DNA of 64,000 nucleotides from Thalassobaculaceae bacterium (GTDB lineage Bacteria > Pseudomonadota > Alphaproteobacteria > Thalassobaculales > Thalassobaculaceae): assembly GCA_965228875.1 (NCBI GenBank), contig OZ245843.1:2152616-2216615 (forward strand). Direction: 5' to 3'. The notes under the pieces were generated by a model that was not told where the DNA came from, ran no database searches, and was given only the letters and a program-made list of their open reading frames with translations. A program made the translations under genes and the position numbers. Of this stretch, positions 1 to 10,349 are shown in pieces. The first letter of the stretch is position 1; every line of letters starts with the position of its first letter.

Positions 1-1
1 C

Positions 2-148
<147 letters not shown>

Positions 149-168
149 CCGCAAGCGGGGCGTAAATC

Positions 169-1260
169 ATGGCCAGCAACGGGTTCGGCCAGATCTTCCG
201 GGTCTCGACCTGGGGGGAGAGCCACGGACCGGCGATCGGGTGTGTGATCGACGGGGTGCCGCCGCGCATCCCGCTGAGCGAGGCCGACATCCAGCACGAC
301 CTCGACCGTCGCCGGCCCGGCCAGTCGCGCCACACCACCCAGCGGCGCGAACCCGACGAGGTCGAAATCCTCTCGGGCGTGTTCGAAGGCCAGACCACCG
401 GCACTCCGGTCAGTCTGGTGATCCACAACCGGGATCAGCGCTCCAAGGATTACGGCGAGATCAAGGACCGCTACCGTCCCGGCCACGCCGACTACACTTA
501 CGACGCCAAGTACGGCATCCGCGACTATCGTGGCGGCGGCCGATCCTCGGCACGCGAGACCGCCATGCGGGTCGCCGCCGGTGCCGTCGCCAAGAAGATC
601 CTGTCGCGACGGCTCGGCAACGCCTTTTCGGTGCGCGGTGCCCTGGTCCAGGTCGGCCCGCACGCCGTCGACCGCGCGCGCTGGGACTGGGCCGAGGTCG
701 AGAACAACCCGTTCTTCTGTCCCGATCCGGTCGCCGCCGGCGAGTGGGAGAGCTTCCTGGACGGCGTCCGCAAGGCCGGCTCCTCGGCCGGTGCGGTGAT
801 CGAGACCGTGGCCACCGGTGTGCCGCCCGGACTGGGAGAGCCGGTCTACGGCAAGCTCGACACCGACCTTACGGCGGCAATGATGAGCATCAACGCGGTC
901 AAGGGCGTCGAGATCGGCGACGGTTTCGCCGCCGCCTCGATCCCCGGTCACGAGGCCTCCGACGAGATGCGGATGCAGGACGGCAAGCCGGTGTTCCTGT
1001 CGAACCACGCCGGCGGCATCCTCGGCGGCATCTCGAGCGGCCAGGACGTCGTGGTGCGTTTCGTGGTGAAGCCGACATCGTCGATTCTGACGCCGCGCGC
1101 CTCCATCGACCGCTTCGGTAACGAGGTGGAGGTGGTGACAAAGGGCCGACACGACCCCTGCGTCGGCATCCGCGCCGTTCCGGTGGGCGAAGCGATGATG
1201 GCCTGCGTGCTTCTCGATCACCTGATGCGTCACGAGGCACAGGTCGGGCCGATCGGCTGA
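169..1260 (+). CDS. aroC: Chorismate synthase
   Basis: [23 protein letters not shown] and GRHDPCV motifs. Confidence 0.98.
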   Translation: MASNGFGQIFRVSTWGESHGPAIGCVIDGVPPRIPLSEADIQHDLDRRRPGQSRHTTQRREPDEVEILSGVFEGQTTGTPVSLVIHNRDQRSKDYGEIKDRYRPGHADYTYDAKYGIRDYRGGGRSSARETAMRVAAGAVAKKILSRRLGNAFSVRGALVQVGPHAVDRARWDWAEVENNPFFCPDPVAAGEWESFLDGVRKAGSSAGAVIETVATGVPPGLGEPVYGKLDTDLTAAMMSINAVKGVEIGDGFAAASIPGHEASDEMRMQDGKPVFLSNHAGGILGGISSGQDVVVRFVVKPTSSILTPRASIDRFGNEVEVVTKGRHDPCVGIRAVPVGEAMMACVLLDHLMRHEAQVGPIG

Positions 1261-1345
1261 CCGCCGCGAGCGTCCTCCGCATTCGACAGCGGCCCATGGC
1301 TGCCCGTATTGTGGCTGGGATTCCGGACCCGCCCGCCGAGGACCC

Positions 1346-3100
1346 ATGCGCCGTTTCATCGTCGGATTCTTCGCCTCTATCGGGGTGCTCGCCATCATCG
1401 CCGTCGCGGCGTTGGTCGCCGCCGGGCTGTGGTGGGCAGACACGTTCGAGCGCGACGAGCCGCTGCCGCAGCGGGTCGTCCTGAAGCTTGAATTCTCCGG
1501 CGAGGTCGAGGAGTCCCCGGCCTATCCGGCGCTGGCCGGTCTGCTCGACGACGCGGCCCCCCTGTCGGTCCTCGATTACGTGGACGCGCTGGACCGGGCG
1601 GCGGCCGACGACCGCGTGACGGCCCTGTTCGCCGACCTCTCCAACCTGTCCCTCGGCATCGCCCAGGCGCAGGAGCTCCGGGCCGCAGTGTTCCGCTTCC
1701 GCAGCGCCGGCAAGACCGCCATCGCCTTCGCCGACAGCTTCGAGACGACGGGAAACGGCCCCTACTACCTCGCCAGCGCGTTCGACCGGATCTGGCTGCA
1801 GCCATCCGGCATGCTGGCCCTCACCGGCCTGCAGATGGAGTTCCCGTTCGCCGCCGGCCTTCTCGACCGGGCGGGCCTGCGCGCCGAGTTCGAGCAGCGC
1901 TACGAGTACAAGGGTGCTGCCAGCGCCGTCACCGCGTACCGCATGCCGGCAGCACTTCGCGAGAACATGACCCGGGTGGCGGAATCGCTGTTCGGCCAGG
2001 TGCTCAGCGGCATCGCCACCGCCCGCCGGCTCGGCGGCGGATCGGTCCAGGCCGTGGTCGACCGCGGTCCGCTGCTGGCGCGCGAGGCGGTCGCCAACGG
2101 GCTGATCGACACGCTCGGCTACCGCGAGCAGGCCCGCAACACCCTCGATGGCGAGGGCGTCACTGCCGGCCGCTACCTGTCCGCCGCCGGACGACCGCAC
2201 GCGGAAGGGACGCGGATCGCGCTGGTGTATCTCGACGGCGCGATCATGCGGGGCGGCCGTTCCTTCGGCGGCCGCGACGACGCCGCATCCGGGCCGCTGG
2301 TCGAGGCACTCGACGCGGTCCGCGAGGACCCGGACGCCAAGGCGCTGATCCTGCGGATCTCCTCGCCCGGCGGCAGCTATGTCGCCTCCGACACCATCCG
2401 TCACGCCGTCGAGCGTGTGCGGGACAGCGGCCGTCCGGTGATCGTCAGTTTCGCGGACATCGCCGCATCGGGCGGTTATTTCGCCGCACTGGCCGCCGAC
2501 CACATCCTCGCTCATCCGGGAACCCTGACAGGCTCGATCGGCACCCTGGGCGGCAAGATCAGCGCCGAGAAGCTGCTGCGCGACTGGGACGTCAATGTCG
2601 GGCGGATCAGCATCGGCGAGAACGCCGGCATGTTTTCGCCTACCGAACCGTTCACGGACAGCCAGCGCGACCGCCTGCGCCGCATGCTCGACGCGGTCTA
2701 TGCCGACTTCACCGACCGGGTCGCCGAGGCCCGACGGCTGAACGACGACGAGATCGACGCCCTCGCCCGCGGCCGGGTATGGACCGGCGAGGACGCCCGC
2801 CGGGTCGGACTGGTCGATGCCGTCGGCGGCTATGCCGAGGCGATGCAACTGGCCCGCCAGTCGGTCGGCCTCGCTCCCGACGCGCCGGTCGAGCGCACGC
2901 GCTACCCTCTGGACGAGGATACCTGGGAACAGTTCCTGGATCTCATGCGCGAGGGAGACTTCGCCGCAAGCGTCCGGACCCTTGCAACACTGATGCGCTA
3001 TGCGCACATCCTGGAGCGAGGGTTGGACCTTCTCGGCGCCGGACAGGATGCGGCCGCCGGCCGGTTGCAGACCCGCGCCCCGCCGGTCGTGATACAATGA
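1346..3100 (+). CDS. sppA: Signal peptide peptidase SppA (S49, long form)
   Basis: N-terminal TM anchor; YYLASAFD, YKGA, RISSPGGS, AASGGY, TGSIG and GRVWTG motifs. Confidence 0.93.
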   Translation: MRRFIVGFFASIGVLAIIAVAALVAAGLWWADTFERDEPLPQRVVLKLEFSGEVEESPAYPALAGLLDDAAPLSVLDYVDALDRAAADDRVTALFADLSNLSLGIAQAQELRAAVFRFRSAGKTAIAFADSFETTGNGPYYLASAFDRIWLQPSGMLALTGLQMEFPFAAGLLDRAGLRAEFEQRYEYKGAASAVTAYRMPAALRENMTRVAESLFGQVLSGIATARRLGGGSVQAVVDRGPLLAREAVANGLIDTLGYREQARNTLDGEGVTAGRYLSAAGRPHAEGTRIALVYLDGAIMRGGRSFGGRDDAASGPLVEALDAVREDPDAKALILRISSPGGSYVASDTIRHAVERVRDSGRPVIVSFADIAASGGYFAALAADHILAHPGTLTGSIGTLGGKISAEKLLRDWDVNVGRISIGENAGMFSPTEPFTDSQRDRLRRMLDAVYADFTDRVAEARRLNDDEIDALARGRVWTGEDARRVGLVDAVGGYAEAMQLARQSVGLAPDAPVERTRYPLDEDTWEQFLDLMREGDFAASVRTLATLMRYAHILERGLDLLGAGQDAAAGRLQTRAPPVVIQ

Positions 3101-3146
3101 TGCCGTCCGGCCGCCGTCGGAGTCGGCCGTTCACCAGGAGACTGCC

Positions 3147-3632
3147 ATGTCCCGATCCCCGGTTTCCGCGTTTCTGCTCGCCGCGCTGATGGTCGCCCAG
3201 ACCGCGGCGGCGACGCCCCCCGCTCTGGCCGCCGCCGCGGACGAGACGAGTTCGACGAAGGAACGCAAGGAGGAGGAGAAGCAGCGCCGCAAAGAGCACA
3301 AGCAGTTCAATCGCGAGATCCAGTACCGCCGGGTCGTCGGCCCGAAGGTGCTACCCATCGGACCGTTCTCGATCTCGCTGTTCGTGAACGGCCAGCCGAT
3401 GGAGGCGCGGATCCGCGTCGCCGTCCAGGCGATGACCGAACAAGACAAGATCACCCTCGACGGTCAGAAATGGGCGGTCAACGGCATCGTCTATCCGCTG
3501 GCGGTCCGACTGTTCGAGAAAGGCCGCCCGGACCGCGAGCAGATCGAACTGTTCAAGATGGAATCACGAACCCAGCTCTCGCAGCGCTACCCCGACATGA
3601 TCGAGGAAGTGTTCATCGAGTCGCTGTTCTAG
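3147..3632 (+). CDS. Hypothetical exported protein (weak resemblance to FliL-like proteins)
   Basis: AGGAG RBS, signal peptide, charged linker, then LPIGPFSISL beta-rich segment. Confidence 0.6.
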   Translation: MSRSPVSAFLLAALMVAQTAAATPPALAAAADETSSTKERKEEEKQRRKEHKQFNREIQYRRVVGPKVLPIGPFSISLFVNGQPMEARIRVAVQAMTEQDKITLDGQKWAVNGIVYPLAVRLFEKGRPDREQIELFKMESRTQLSQRYPDMIEEVFIESLF

Positions 3633-3672
3633 AACGTGAAATCACCTTCTAAAATAGCACCTTCAATCCATT

Positions 3673-4320
3673 TCACATGCCTATCCGCGATCGCGGGTTA
3701 GCCGGGGCGCGAGACGAGCACTCTCTCCCGTCTGAACGCAGCAGGACGGCGGGGATCGTCCGGCGCAGTGTCTCGCCGACCCGCGGCGCGTCCCAATGCC
3801 GGTCGCCGGTCAACAGGTCCCACATCTGAACCGACGACGCGGCCCAGAGATAGTCGGCCGCCTCGTCCACGCTCCACTCGGCGCGCAGGGCGCCCTCCCG
3901 CTCGACGGTGACGATCATCTCCCGCAGCCAGGAGCGCAGGTCCGTCATCCGGTCCTCCCAGGCGGAAGCGGCATCCACGTCGGTCGAGCGCAACCGGATC
4001 AGATCCCGCGCCACCGGCTGAATCCGGCTGACGAAGGCGAACCACGCCGCCAGCCAGGCATCCAGCCGCTCCTCCGCCGTCGGCTGACCCAGGGCCTCAG
4101 CGAAGCTCTCGCGGATCCGGAAACGATCGTCGGCGCGCTTGACCAGGGCCATCAGCAACCCACTCCGCGTCCCGAAATGCAGATAGACGGCCTGCCGGCT
4201 GATCCCTGCGGCGCGGGCGATCTCCGCCATCGAAACCTCCGCCCCCCGCGCGGCGATCAGTTCCCAGGCACGGTCGAGAACCTCCCGCCGGGTGAGGGTG
4301 GATCGCTTGTTTGTTGACAT
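3673..4320 (-). CDS. TetR/AcrR family transcriptional regulator
   Basis: HTH SMAEIARAAGISRQAVYLHFGTR; start chosen at MSTNKRS (ATG 4320). Confidence 0.92.
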   Translation of the reverse strand: MSTNKRSTLTRREVLDRAWELIAARGAEVSMAEIARAAGISRQAVYLHFGTRSGLLMALVKRADDRFRIRESFAEALGQPTAEERLDAWLAAWFAFVSRIQPVARDLIRLRSTDVDAASAWEDRMTDLRSWLREMIVTVEREGALRAEWSVDEAADYLWAASSVQMWDLLTGDRHWDAPRVGETLRRTIPAVLLRSDGRECSSRAPANPRSRIGM

Positions 4321-4353
4321 GTGTAAAGATCTCTTTAACTTGACGCGCGTCAA
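4314..4353. promoter_or_regulatory. Paired palindromic operators in divergent TetR promoter
   Basis: TTGAC-ATGT-GTAAA (4314-4327) and perfect palindrome TTGAC-GCGC-GTCAA (4340-4353). Confidence 0.65.
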
Positions 4354-4369
4354 CAAAGGAGATCCCGCC

Positions 4370-4822
4370 ATGACCGTCAAGCCCGCGACGCGCCCGTCCG
4401 CCGATCAGTTTCTGTCCTGGTACGGCGACGGCAGCGACGGGTCGGCGCCGACCCCGGCCCTGTGGATGCGACTGGTCGACTGGCCGGCGGACACGCCGAT
4501 CACCCTGATCAATCTGTTCAAGCTCCGCGACGCCGCCGAGTATGGAAACGGCGACGAGGGCGGCTCGGGCCAGGAGGCATTCTCGCGCTATGCCGCGGTC
4601 AGCATGCCGACCATGGAGCGCGTCGGCGGGAAATTCCTGCTGGTCGGCCCGTATCAGGGCATGTTCCTCGGCGCGGACGAGGATTGGGACCTGATCGCCA
4701 TCGGCCAGTATCCGACGGTCGAGGCCTGCCTCGCCCTGTACGGCGACCCGGCGTACCGCGCCGCTTTCCAGCACCGCACGGCGGCCTGCGCGCGCCAGAA
4801 GGTGATGATCTGCGGCAGCTAA
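4370..4822 (+). CDS. DUF1330-like small alpha/beta protein
   Basis: AAGGAG RBS; INLFKLRD..Y, VGGK, EDWDLIAIGQYP and DPAY..AFQHRTAA patterns. Confidence 0.75.
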   Translation: MTVKPATRPSADQFLSWYGDGSDGSAPTPALWMRLVDWPADTPITLINLFKLRDAAEYGNGDEGGSGQEAFSRYAAVSMPTMERVGGKFLLVGPYQGMFLGADEDWDLIAIGQYPTVEACLALYGDPAYRAAFQHRTAACARQKVMICGS

Positions 4823-5793
4823 CGGCTGAGCGCAACGATCTCGCAGAACGGCGAGTGCTTCGAGACCACCTGGTCGTCGGACCGCTCCAGGATGTCGGCC
4901 TGGGCCGTGTGGAAGCCCTGGCGCTGCAGCAGCCGGACAACCTCGACGATGTAGTCGGTGTCGGCCCGCACCTCGCCCTCGTCGAAAAGCGCCCGGGCCA
5001 GCACCGTGCCGAATTCGGTCAGCCGGTAGCAGGACAGCACCAGTTGCTTGTCCGCCTGATCGTGAGTGATGCGCAGCGCCTTGTCGGCATAGAGCAGGTT
5101 GGTCGAGAACCGGTCGTCGCGCTGGCTCTGGAACACCCGGTTGAGGTCCCGGTTGGTGCGCACCAGCCCGTATTCCTCGAGCAGAAGAATGTCGTCCGAG
5201 GTCAGGTCCTTGCCGTCGAAGAAGGTCTGTTCGAGACGGACCACGAAGTTGTTCACGGCGAAGGCGGCGAACCGGCGGAACAGGGCGAGCCCGGCCTTCG
5301 ACACCCCCGGCAGTCGGGCCGGCACACTCCGCGGCACGGCCCCAGGGCGCCGAACCTCCTGAACCAGAAGACGGGCCCATAACCGGCTGAACTCCGGGTC
5401 GGCGGTGTCGGCGGCGTGGCTGAAGAAAGCCGCCGCCCAGTCCGGGTCGGGCGAGCCGTCGGCGACCGCATCCGGCAAGATGCGCAGAGCCCGCTGCAGG
5501 ATCGCCTCAATGTTGCGCTGGCGGCGGCTCTCCACATGATCCAGGCGCTCGGAGGCACGAGTCGCCACGCCGCCATCCTCGAGCGGCACGGCGCGATTGA
5601 GCTGCAGGCCGCGGACCCAGTCGCGCTGGGCGGAGCCGAGTGCGACGACCACCATCTCGTTCAGCCGGGCAAGGGCGGCACCGATGGTCGGGGTGGCCGG
5701 TTTGGGCAGGCCCAGCCGCGGCGTCTCCGGCTCCGGCGCACTCGGTCCGGCCACGGTGCCGACCGGAGGCGGATCTCCACCGAGCGTGTTCAT
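4819..5793 (-). CDS. DUF2806-family protein
   Basis: RRQRNIEAI and DPDWAAAFFSHAADTADPEFSRLWARLLVQEVRRPG match the DUF2806 pattern. Confidence 0.75.
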   Translation of the reverse strand: MNTLGGDPPPVGTVAGPSAPEPETPRLGLPKPATPTIGAALARLNEMVVVALGSAQRDWVRGLQLNRAVPLEDGGVATRASERLDHVESRRQRNIEAILQRALRILPDAVADGSPDPDWAAAFFSHAADTADPEFSRLWARLLVQEVRRPGAVPRSVPARLPGVSKAGLALFRRFAAFAVNNFVVRLEQTFFDGKDLTSDDILLLEEYGLVRTNRDLNRVFQSQRDDRFSTNLLYADKALRITHDQADKQLVLSCYRLTEFGTVLARALFDEGEVRADTDYIVEVVRLLQRQGFHTAQADILERSDDQVVSKHSPFCEIVALSR

Positions 5794-5839
5794 GCCACCT
5801 CTCCCGCCTGTGGACCGTCAGCCCCCATCGACGAAAAGC

Positions 5840-6577
5840 CTAACACAAGCGACTCGCCGCGATCAGGAATTCGACATTGCCTTCGGGTCCGGTGATCGGC
5901 GACGGCACGATGCCGTCGACCCTCCAGCCGTCCAGGGCGTCGAGCCAGGAGCGGGTATCCTTGCAGACGGCCTCGTGAACCGCCGGGTCGCGGACCACGC
6001 CGCCCTTGCCGACCTGCCCACGTCCGGCCTCGAACTGCGGTTTGATCAGCGCGACCAGCCGGCCGCCCGACCGCACCATGGCGAGCGCCGCCGGCAGCAC
6101 CGTCTTCAGCGAGATGAAGCTGGCATCGCAGACGACGATGTCGACCGGGCCGGGTACATGCTCGCGCGACAGGTGGCGAGCGTTGGTCTTCTCGAGCACC
6201 ACCACCCGGTCGTCGCTGCGCAGCTTCCAGGCGAGCTGGCCATGGCCGACGTCGACGGCGAACACCCGCTCCGCCCCTCCCTGTAGCAGCACGTCGGTGA
6301 AGCCGCCCGTGGAGGCGCCGACGTCGATCGCCGTCATCCCGGACGGATCGATCGCGAAATGTTCCAGCGCATGCGCCAGCTTCAGACCGCCACGCGAAAC
6401 CCAGGGATGGTCCTGGCCGCGCACTTCGAGCGCGATGTCCTCGGCGACCTGCTGACCGGCCTTCTCGAGCTTACGCTCGCCGGAGAAGACTTTGCCGGCC
6501 ATCACGAGAGCCTGGGCGCGCGTGCGCGATTCCACGAGGCCCCGGTCGACGAGGAGCTGGTCGAGACGGCGCTTCAT
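5840..6577 (-). CDS. tlyA: TlyA family rRNA 2'-O-methyltransferase
   Basis: S4 domain RLDQLLV; VSRGGLKL, DVGASTGGFTD, DASFISL, LIKPQFE and SPITG.EGN.EF motifs. Confidence 0.95.
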   Translation of the reverse strand: MKRRLDQLLVDRGLVESRTRAQALVMAGKVFSGERKLEKAGQQVAEDIALEVRGQDHPWVSRGGLKLAHALEHFAIDPSGMTAIDVGASTGGFTDVLLQGGAERVFAVDVGHGQLAWKLRSDDRVVVLEKTNARHLSREHVPGPVDIVVCDASFISLKTVLPAALAMVRSGGRLVALIKPQFEAGRGQVGKGGVVRDPAVHEAVCKDTRSWLDALDGWRVDGIVPSPITGPEGNVEFLIAASRLC

Positions 6578-6770
6578 CGGCGGCCCGCTGAAAGGGAGGT
6601 GACGGATATCATGCCGCCACCATACAACGCGGCCCCCGCACCGGCACACCCGCGACCCTCGGACGCAGACCCTCTCAGGCGATTGTTTGCATCCGGTCCA
6701 TCGGTGATGCTCTGAGGGAAGCCGCCGCAAAGACGGTGCCCGCCAGAACGATCGCCGGAGGAAACCGCCC

Positions 6771-8075
6771 ATGCTGCAGGACCGCTACGGGAACACGCTC
6801 TCCACCCGCTCGACCGCCGCCCGCGATGCCTATGTCGACGGCGTCGACCGCTTCCTTGCCGCGCAGTCCGGCGCCGAGGAAGCGTTCGAGGCCGCCGTGG
6901 CCGCCGATCCGGACTTCGCCCTCGGCCAGATCGGCCTTGCCCGGGTGCGCCAGGTCATGGGCCAGAGCCATGACTTCGCCGGTCCCCGCGACGCCGCGAT
7001 CCGGCTGGCGGAACGGCTCGACGGCCGGGAGGCGGCGCATGTGGAAGCGCTCGGCCTGCTCCTGACCGGCAAGATCCCGGCCGGCTACAAACTGGTCCGC
7101 GCCCATGTGCTCGAGCATCCGCGCGATGCCATGATCGCGCAGACCTGCACCGGCGTTTTCGGCCTGATCGGTTTCAGCGGGCAGCCCGGCCGCGAGGCCG
7201 AACAGCTCGCCTTCACCTCCGCGCTCACGCCGCACTATGGCGAGGACTGGTGGTTCCTGTCCCAGCATGCCTTCTCCCAGGTCGAGGCGGGACAGACCGG
7301 GCCGGCGACCGAAACCATCGAGCGGGCCATGGCGCTGTATCCGAAGAACGCCCACGGCGCCCACATTCGCGCCCATGTCTACTACGAAGCCGGCGAGACC
7401 CAGGCCGGTGCCGACTACATGAACGCATGGCGGCGTGACTACGACAGGTCGGCGCTGCTGCACTGCCACATCGCCTGGCATGTCGCCCTCTGGGCGCTGG
7501 AACAGGGCGATCCCGAAACGATGTGGCGGGTCTACGACGCCGACGTCGCACCCGAGAGCGCCGGCGGGGGCACAGGCAAAGGCGCCTGGGGGCCGCCGAT
7601 CAACGTGCTGACCGATGCCGCCGCCCTGCTTTACCGGGCCGAGCTCGCAGGTGTGGAGGTGTCCCCGTCACGCTGGAAGGCGATCAGCGACTACGCCATC
7701 GCGTGCTTCCCCCGCCCGTCCATCGGCTTCGTCGACGTCCATGCCGCCCTCGCCCATGCCATGGCCGGGAACGGCGAGGCGCTGGCCGGGATCATCTCCG
7801 GCGCCAAAGGGCCGGCCGCCGACGTGGTGAAGGAGCTGGCCGAGGGGTTCGGCGCCATCGCTGCCGGCAACTGGACCGAGGCGACGGCGCATCTGGCCGC
7901 GGCATCGACGGACCACGCGCGCATCGGCGGCAGCCGCGCCCAGCGCGATCTGGTCGAGTACGCCCTGCTGAACGCGCTGCTCAAGCAGGGCAAGGCCGAG
8001 GAGGCCCGCCTGCTGCTCGCCACCCGCCGGCCGATGAAGGTGGCGGCGCATGCGGTAAAAGGGATGGCCGCGTAG
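6771..8075 (+). CDS. Tetratricopeptide repeat protein (TTC38-like)
   Basis: Helical repeats; HGAHIRAHVYYE, HCHIAWHVAL and IGGSRAQRD motifs. Confidence 0.75.
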   Translation: MLQDRYGNTLSTRSTAARDAYVDGVDRFLAAQSGAEEAFEAAVAADPDFALGQIGLARVRQVMGQSHDFAGPRDAAIRLAERLDGREAAHVEALGLLLTGKIPAGYKLVRAHVLEHPRDAMIAQTCTGVFGLIGFSGQPGREAEQLAFTSALTPHYGEDWWFLSQHAFSQVEAGQTGPATETIERAMALYPKNAHGAHIRAHVYYEAGETQAGADYMNAWRRDYDRSALLHCHIAWHVALWALEQGDPETMWRVYDADVAPESAGGGTGKGAWGPPINVLTDAAALLYRAELAGVEVSPSRWKAISDYAIACFPRPSIGFVDVHAALAHAMAGNGEALAGIISGAKGPAADVVKELAEGFGAIAAGNWTEATAHLAAASTDHARIGGSRAQRDLVEYALLNALLKQGKAEEARLLLATRRPMKVAAHAVKGMAA

Positions 8076-8111
8076 CCTGCCCCTGTTCCGCCTGTCGGTC
8101 CGCTAAGAACC

Positions 8112-8146
8112 AAAAAAAGCCGGAGAGCGTCAGAGCGCCCTCCGGC
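8112..8146 (-). terminator. Rho-independent terminator after the carbamoylase gene
   Basis: Minus strand GCCGGAGGGCG-loop-CGCUCUCCGGC followed by U7. Confidence 0.75.
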
Positions 8147-8192
8147 CATCCGGTGCCGCCCCCAAGCCTGGGCCGGGGAGAAACGGAGCGGT

Positions 8193-9140
8193 CTACTCCG
8201 CCGCGGCGTCCATCGGCGGTTCAATGACGCCGGTCTGCTCGGTGATGATGCCGTAGTGCTCGATCCGGCGGTGCTTGGCGTAGTTGAACACCGTCTCCTT
8301 GCCCATCTTCGCCAGATCCAGGTCGCAGGCGTAGGTGATGAGCTCGTCGCCGAGGCTGGAGGCCTGGGCCACCATCTCGCCCGAGGGCTGGATGATGCAG
8401 GAGCCGCCGATCAGCATGCAGCCGTCCTCGATGCCGGCCTTGGCCGTGCCGATGACGAAGCAGGAGTTCTGATAGGCGCTGGCCTGCATGACCAGGTGAT
8501 TGTGGAACATCCGCAGGTGGTTCGGCTCCGGCGCGGAGGTATTCACGTCCGGCGTGTTGTAGCCGAGCATGATGACCTCGGCCCCCTTCAGGGACATCAC
8601 CCGGTAGGTCTCCGGCCAGCGGCGGTCGTTGCAGATCGCCATGCCCATGATCCCGCCCATGGTGCGCCAGACCGGGAAGCCGAGATCGCCCGGCTCGAAG
8701 TAGCGCTTCTCCAGGTGCTGCCACGGGCGCTTGGCGTCGTACTCGGAATGGCCCGGCAGGTGCACCTTGCGGTACTTGCCGACGATCTTGCCGGTATCGT
8801 CCACCAGGATGGCGGTGTTGAAGCGGTGGCCGTCCTCGGTCAGCTCGGCATAACCGAGATAGAAGCCGATCCCGAACTCCTTGGCCTTGTCGAACAGCGG
8901 CCGGCACTCCGGCGTCGGCATTTCGCCGCGCTCGTAGTGCATGTCCATCTTGGAGATGTCCTCCTCGTAGTAGCGCGGGAAGAACGTCGTCAGCGCCAGT
9001 TCTGGGAAGACCACCAGGTTGGCTCCGCGCTCCTTGGCCTGCTTGAGCAGATCGATCATCCGGTTGACCGCGCTGACCCGCGATTCGTCGGGGGCGATCG
9101 GGCCCATCTGGGCGGCGGCGATGTTTACGATCCGGCTCAT
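8193..9140 (-). CDS. N-carbamoyl-D-amino acid amidohydrolase (nitrilase superfamily)
   Basis: Glu-Lys-Cys triad in FPELALTTFFPR, KYRKVHLPGH and ICNDRRWPE. Confidence 0.9.
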   Translation of the reverse strand: MSRIVNIAAAQMGPIAPDESRVSAVNRMIDLLKQAKERGANLVVFPELALTTFFPRYYEEDISKMDMHYERGEMPTPECRPLFDKAKEFGIGFYLGYAELTEDGHRFNTAILVDDTGKIVGKYRKVHLPGHSEYDAKRPWQHLEKRYFEPGDLGFPVWRTMGGIMGMAICNDRRWPETYRVMSLKGAEVIMLGYNTPDVNTSAPEPNHLRMFHNHLVMQASAYQNSCFVIGTAKAGIEDGCMLIGGSCIIQPSGEMVAQASSLGDELITYACDLDLAKMGKETVFNYAKHRRIEHYGIITEQTGVIEPPMDAAAE

Positions 9141-9314
9141 GGCGGTGCGGTCCTCGAAAGGTGATACGGTTGGAGCGATACTTTAAGACTACGACGCACC
9201 TGCGAAAAGAGGCGCAAAGCGGGTGACGGCCGGCGGGGCCGGGCTGCCCGCCACCGCACCGAATTTGCGCCGAGATCGCGCCGAGACTGCACCGAGACTG
9301 GGAGGCGACGAGCC

Positions 9315-10349
9315 GTGACGACCCCCGATATCCGCCTGGCCCTGGGTGCCGCCGTCGCCAATCCGGGCCATCCGATGGCGCTTGCCGCGTTGCTGCAATT
9401 CGCCGCCTCGCGCCACGAAATCCGACGCTCGCTCGCCGTGCTGAACTGGCTTGGCGTTCTCGGCGTGCCGACCGAGTCCGTCGCCCGTCAGCGCAGCATG
9501 CTGTCGCGGGTCGACCGGACCTTCCGCCACCGCGACGCGGTCGCCGAACAGACCGGACCATTCGAGACGCGGGAGGTGCCTGGGCTCGGCGCGTTGCGCT
9601 TCAGCACGGCAACCGACGCCGCGCGCGCCTTTCTCGCCCTGCTCGACCGAGAGGGGGATGGCTATGAACCCGGCGTCCTGCGCTACCTGATCGCCGCGGG
9701 GCGGCGCGGCGAGTTCGTCGCCGATATCGGTGCGCATGTCGGCTACTACACCACGGTCCTCGGAGCGGCGGGCGCGAAGGTCGTCGCCTGCGAGATGCAT
9801 CCCGACCTACTGCTGGAGGTGAAGCGCAACCTCTGGGCCAACGAGTTGGACCGCGCCCACGTCATCAACGCCGCCGTCGGCAACTACGACGGTCTGATCT
9901 TCAACGTCCGCTTCAACCCGACACCGGGCCTGCGGGTCGAGGATCCGATCGCCACCGCGCCGCCGAACGCGTTGGACAAAGCACTGTACGACCCGGTGCC
10001 CTGCCTGAGACTCGACACTCTGTTCGCCCGCGAGGGCGCGATCCCGGACCTGGTGAAGATCGACATCGAAGGCTACGAGTTCGAGGCGTTGAAGGGCGCC
10101 GCCGGACTGATCGCCGGGGGCCGCACGCGGTTCCTGATCGAGTTTCACCCCCACGTCGTCGCCGATTTCGGCCACAAGCCGGTAGAGATCCTCGCGATGG
10201 TTCCCGACGGCTGGCGGCGCGAGGTGCTGGAGGATGACGGGACCCGTCGTCCGATCGACCCCTCGGGGCGGGACTTCGTACACGATCCGTCGGTGGAGAA
10301 CGTGAAGCTGCTGTTCTGCCCGCCCGGCTACACCGAACCGTCCGGATAG
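9315..10349 (+). CDS. FkbM family SAM-dependent methyltransferase (paralog 1)
   Basis: DIGAHVGY, LVKIDIEGYE and IEFHP motifs; GGAGG RBS before GTG. Confidence 0.88.
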   Translation: MTTPDIRLALGAAVANPGHPMALAALLQFAASRHEIRRSLAVLNWLGVLGVPTESVARQRSMLSRVDRTFRHRDAVAEQTGPFETREVPGLGALRFSTATDAARAFLALLDREGDGYEPGVLRYLIAAGRRGEFVADIGAHVGYYTTVLGAAGAKVVACEMHPDLLLEVKRNLWANELDRAHVINAAVGNYDGLIFNVRFNPTPGLRVEDPIATAPPNALDKALYDPVPCLRLDTLFAREGAIPDLVKIDIEGYEFEALKGAAGLIAGGRTRFLIEFHPHVVADFGHKPVEILAMVPDGWRREVLEDDGTRRPIDPSGRDFVHDPSVENVKLLFCPPGYTEPSG

